Positions 60,966 to 64,000 of a stretch of DNA of 64,000 nucleotides are shown here, in pieces; within the stretch, counting starts at the first letter, position 1, and every line of letters starts with the position of its first letter. The notes under the pieces were generated by a model. It had not been told where the DNA came from, searched no databases, and saw nothing but the letters and a program-made list of their open reading frames with translations. The translations under genes were made by a program, and so were the position numbers. The stretch comes from Zygnema circumcarinatum SAG 698-1b (lineage: Eukaryota > Plantae > Zygnematophyceae), in NCBI GenBank assembly GCA_037447605.1, contig CM074819.1, positions 1,386,297 through 1,450,296 of the forward strand. Reading direction: 5' to 3'.

Positions 60966-61099
60966 TTTTTCAAGTGCAAGGTTTAAAGAGAGCGGTGGAG
61001 GGAGGGCAGGAGCCCAACGCCAAGTTTTGCCTTAAAAATCCTTCACAAGATTCCTTGTTGGATTTGTTGATCGCTTGCCTTTGGACCAATGGTAGTTGA

Positions 61100-61230
61100 G
61101 CCTGCTATTTGAACCAGCTAGTTGAACCTGCTAGTCGAACCTGCTAGTCGAACCTGCTAGTCGAACCTGCTAGTCGAACCTGCTAGTTGACCCTGCTAAT
61201 TGAACGTGCTAGTTGAACCTGCTAGTTGAA
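61100..61230. repeat. 13-bp tandem repeat (GCTAGTCGAACCT), about 9 units
   Basis: Direct reading. Confidence 0.9.
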
Positions 61231-61589
61231 CATGCTGCAATCGGATCCACAATCCTTGCCGCCACTTCACCGTGGACCTTCTGTGTAATACAGTACTGTA
61301 CACTGTAGTTCAATTGTACGCACGTGCGAAATGACATCAGCACAGTTGAACCACGCCAGCATTCATAAAGGTGGACGAAGTTCGTCCATTTAGTTGGACC
61401 GATGCTGATGTGGTTCAACTTTGATGCTGTAGTTTTGCACGGGCGGACAGTTAAACTTGTTGGCAATGGGGGACTGCCATTGTTGCTGAATAATTCGATT
61501 CCAGCCTTCGTACCCGAATAGAAAAATGGGGTAAGCTAACGAGATCCAAATTACCAACTAAATAACGACACGTGGGACGCCACGCATTT

Positions 61590-61781
61590 TGCCTCTAAAA
61601 CCCCTAAAACCCTGAAATACTCTAAAAAGCCTAAAAACCCTAATACCCTACAAAACCTTAAGACCCTTGAACCCTTAACCCAGAAAACCCTAAAACCCTA
61701 AGAACCCAAAGAACCCGAAAAACCCTAGAATCCTTAAAACCCTAAAAACCCTAAAACCCTGAAATTCTGAAACCCTAAAAA
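61590..61781. repeat. Degenerate telomere-like array, AAAACCCT (TTTTAGGG-type) rich
   Basis: Repeated aaaaccct/aaaaaccct units. Confidence 0.75.
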
Positions 61782-62114
61782 CATGCTCGGCAAAATGTCA
61801 CGTTCCTCGGACCCTGCACTTCTCGAGTCACCTTCATTCTCCGCTACACCGACCAACCGACCGTACGGCGAATCTTGGATTCAACAGCCACCGACACACC
61901 GACCGGACGATACGTCCAAAGCCTGTGTACGGCACGCACTTGTTTGGCCCTGGCGGCGGGCCGACGCGCCTTCCATAAATACCGGCCGTAACTGCCATCC
62001 GCTAGGGACAAAACCGGCCGCGAACCGACCCACCGACCACGCGCTGTCGGTTGGACGGCGGTCAAGTCCGGTCTTGCGCTTTCCGCCGATCCCCGTCGTG
62101 ACTTCAGGGGTCTT

Positions 62115-62168
62115 CCAATGGGATTTTGTCACGTATACAAATGGGCCTACGTGGCACGCTTTCATTGG
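62115..62168. promoter_or_regulatory. Inverted pair of ERSE-type motifs
   Basis: CCAAT 62115 + 9 nt + TCACG; CGTGG 62150 + 9 nt + ATTGG 62164. Confidence 0.5.
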
Positions 62169-62547
62169 AGGAGTGGTCAAATTTTTTAATTTTTTAGGAG
62201 AAGAGGTGAAATTCCTAGCAAGATACCGTACAGTGGCTTACGGACAAATGTGACACAATTCATACGGCTGATCGCTGTGGCAGTTACGTTGAAATATGAA
62301 TTTAACGGGTTCGGTGAAACTAGGCATTCCATGCTCGGTCACTTTCTCTCTAACTCTCATAATCCCGACTTTCTTGTCCACTTCCTCCCTGTTCTCGCTC
62401 CTCTCCCCTCCTCCCTCTTCCTCTTCCTTACATCCCTCCCTCCAACTTTCCCCCTCTCCCTTCCTCTCTCTCTCTCTTCCTCTCTCTCTCTCTTCCTCTC
62501 TCTCTCTCTCTCGCTCTCCCTCTCTCTCCCTCTCTCTCCCTCTCCCT

Positions 62548-62592
<45 letters not shown>

Positions 62593-62602
62593 NNNNNNNN
62601 NN

Positions 62603-62643
<41 letters not shown>

Positions 62644-63000
62644 GCGCTCTCTCTCTCTTCCCCCCCCCCTCTAACCACGGGGGCCTCCTGTTGCAGCGCC
62701 CGCGGCCGCCATGGCGCGGGGCCGTACGGCGACGCTGGCACTGTGCATTCCAGCAAGAGGCCACTTGCCACTCTCCAGGCGCCGCGTGGCACGTCCAGTG
62801 CCACCTGTCGGCCTCTCAACGGCCGCGACTTTTCTTGGCCTCCAGAGACCGCCTCGGCTGCTGCACGCCTTTCATTAAGGAGGGAAAGCGAAGGAGGAGA
62901 GGAGGGAGAGGAGCGCGAGAGGGTGAGGGAGAGAGAGGGAGAGGGAGAGGGAGAGGGAGAGGAAGAGAGAGAGGAAGAGGGAGAGGAGGAAGAGTATGGC

Positions 63001-64000
63001 ATGCATCGCCTGAGCCATGGTCTCGCCCATGGCTATCCGTTCATCGGAGCGCATAGAGGCGGTGATACTTTGGAGGAGGGCGGCGTTTCACGAGCAGTTA
63101 CGCAGTTGCATAGACAACGTTTGCGTGCAGGTAACTGAGGTGGAGAGAGTCGAATCTCTCCCACTCTCTCTCTCTCGCTCTCTCTCTTTCCCTTTCTCTG
63201 TCTCAATTTATACCAACCCCCCACTCTCTTTGCTCTCCCTCTCCCTCTCTCGGCCCTCACACTTTATCTTTTTCTATTCCTAACTATGTTGCGCTTCCTC
63301 GCTTTCTCATATTCTTCATAAGGAATTTACAATAGCTGGTATGATCTGGAAAATTCAGTTCTGTATTACTGCAACTGAATGTAGTCCCATCAATCTTCAG
63401 TTCTAAAGTTCTCTGCAGTTTTTTTTCTGCCATCATGGAACATTAATCAAAGTGTTAAGGACATCAGTCAGCGTTCTTGTCTTAGTGAACTGGTGAGAGA
63501 GTGAGAGAGGAAATGAGGAAGGGAGAGACGGTGGAAGCGACGGGGGAGGGGTGGGAGAAAGTTGAGACTGTGAAGATGGAGATCGGCAGGGGATGGGAGA
63601 GAGGGAGAGAGGGAGAGAGGAAGGAAGGATGAGAGGAGGCATGTAGGGTTGTTGGAGAGAATAACCCCTATTCTATTACTCGTTCTAGGGTTTCCACGTG
63701 ACCGATATACATTTGGTTTTTTTAAGCATGTTATTTTCTAGGCCTTGCCTATCCTATTCATGCTATTCGTGTTGATATGAACATTCTCATTGGTGGTTTT
63801 TCTTATCCCTCTTAACTATGTCTCGATGACGTTTTTTAACTGAGTGTATTTGCTTTAGGTTTGCTTAAAATCAAAGTGTAGTAGTCTGTACTTCAGTTAC
63901 TTCCACTCTTTAAGTTAATTGGAACTAATTGGAATGCCTTCTCTTTCCTCCTTTGGTTGTCTTTTGAAAACTTGCAGAGGGAATGGAGACATGCAAGTGT
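63001..64000 (+). CDS. Possible start of an unidentified spliced gene (runs off window)
   Basis: GA-rich leader as in other genes here. Candidate exons about 63001-63130 (strong CAG|GTAACT donor), 63419-63491 and 63979 onward can be joined in frame, but I recognise no domain. Confidence 0.3.

Noticed and set aside
62238-63138. 250-280 aa ORFs on both strands
   Set aside because: Dominated by (CT)/(GA) tracts and span an N gap.

Overview
Eukaryotic, intron-rich, gene-dense window from a streptophyte. The ubiquitin is land-plant type, and there is a group-IV CDPK, a GH9 with CBM49, an ELO-family elongase and RLK/Pelle fragments. A charophyte/zygnematophyte alga is likely from the compact layout and GA/CT-rich introns (inference only). 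It is a draft assembly with six short N gaps. Ten genes can be reconstructed from splice sites: CDPK (3' part runs off the window), spastin-like MIT-AAA ATPase, KGD4/MRPS36-like, tetra-ubiquitin, an uncharacterised plastid-type membrane protein, a zf-DNL chaperone, an NHP6-like HMG box protein, a class C GH9 endoglucanase, NOG2/GNL2 GTPase and SDE2, plus an ELO elongase and one doubtful gene start at the right edge. Intergenic DNA carries at least six non-autonomous TIR transposons with 9-bp, 8-bp or TA target-site duplications, a ~90-bp dispersed repeat, satellites and telomere-like arrays of several motif types inside introns. The most striking unexplained signal is a fixed-spacing composite motif CCAAT/CGAAT-N9-CCACG (ERSE architecture). 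It occurs about 10 times, only in upstream intergenic DNA, and three times as inverted pairs, one of them at the centre of a Mutator-like foldback element. No CRISPR, rRNA or convincing tRNA was found.
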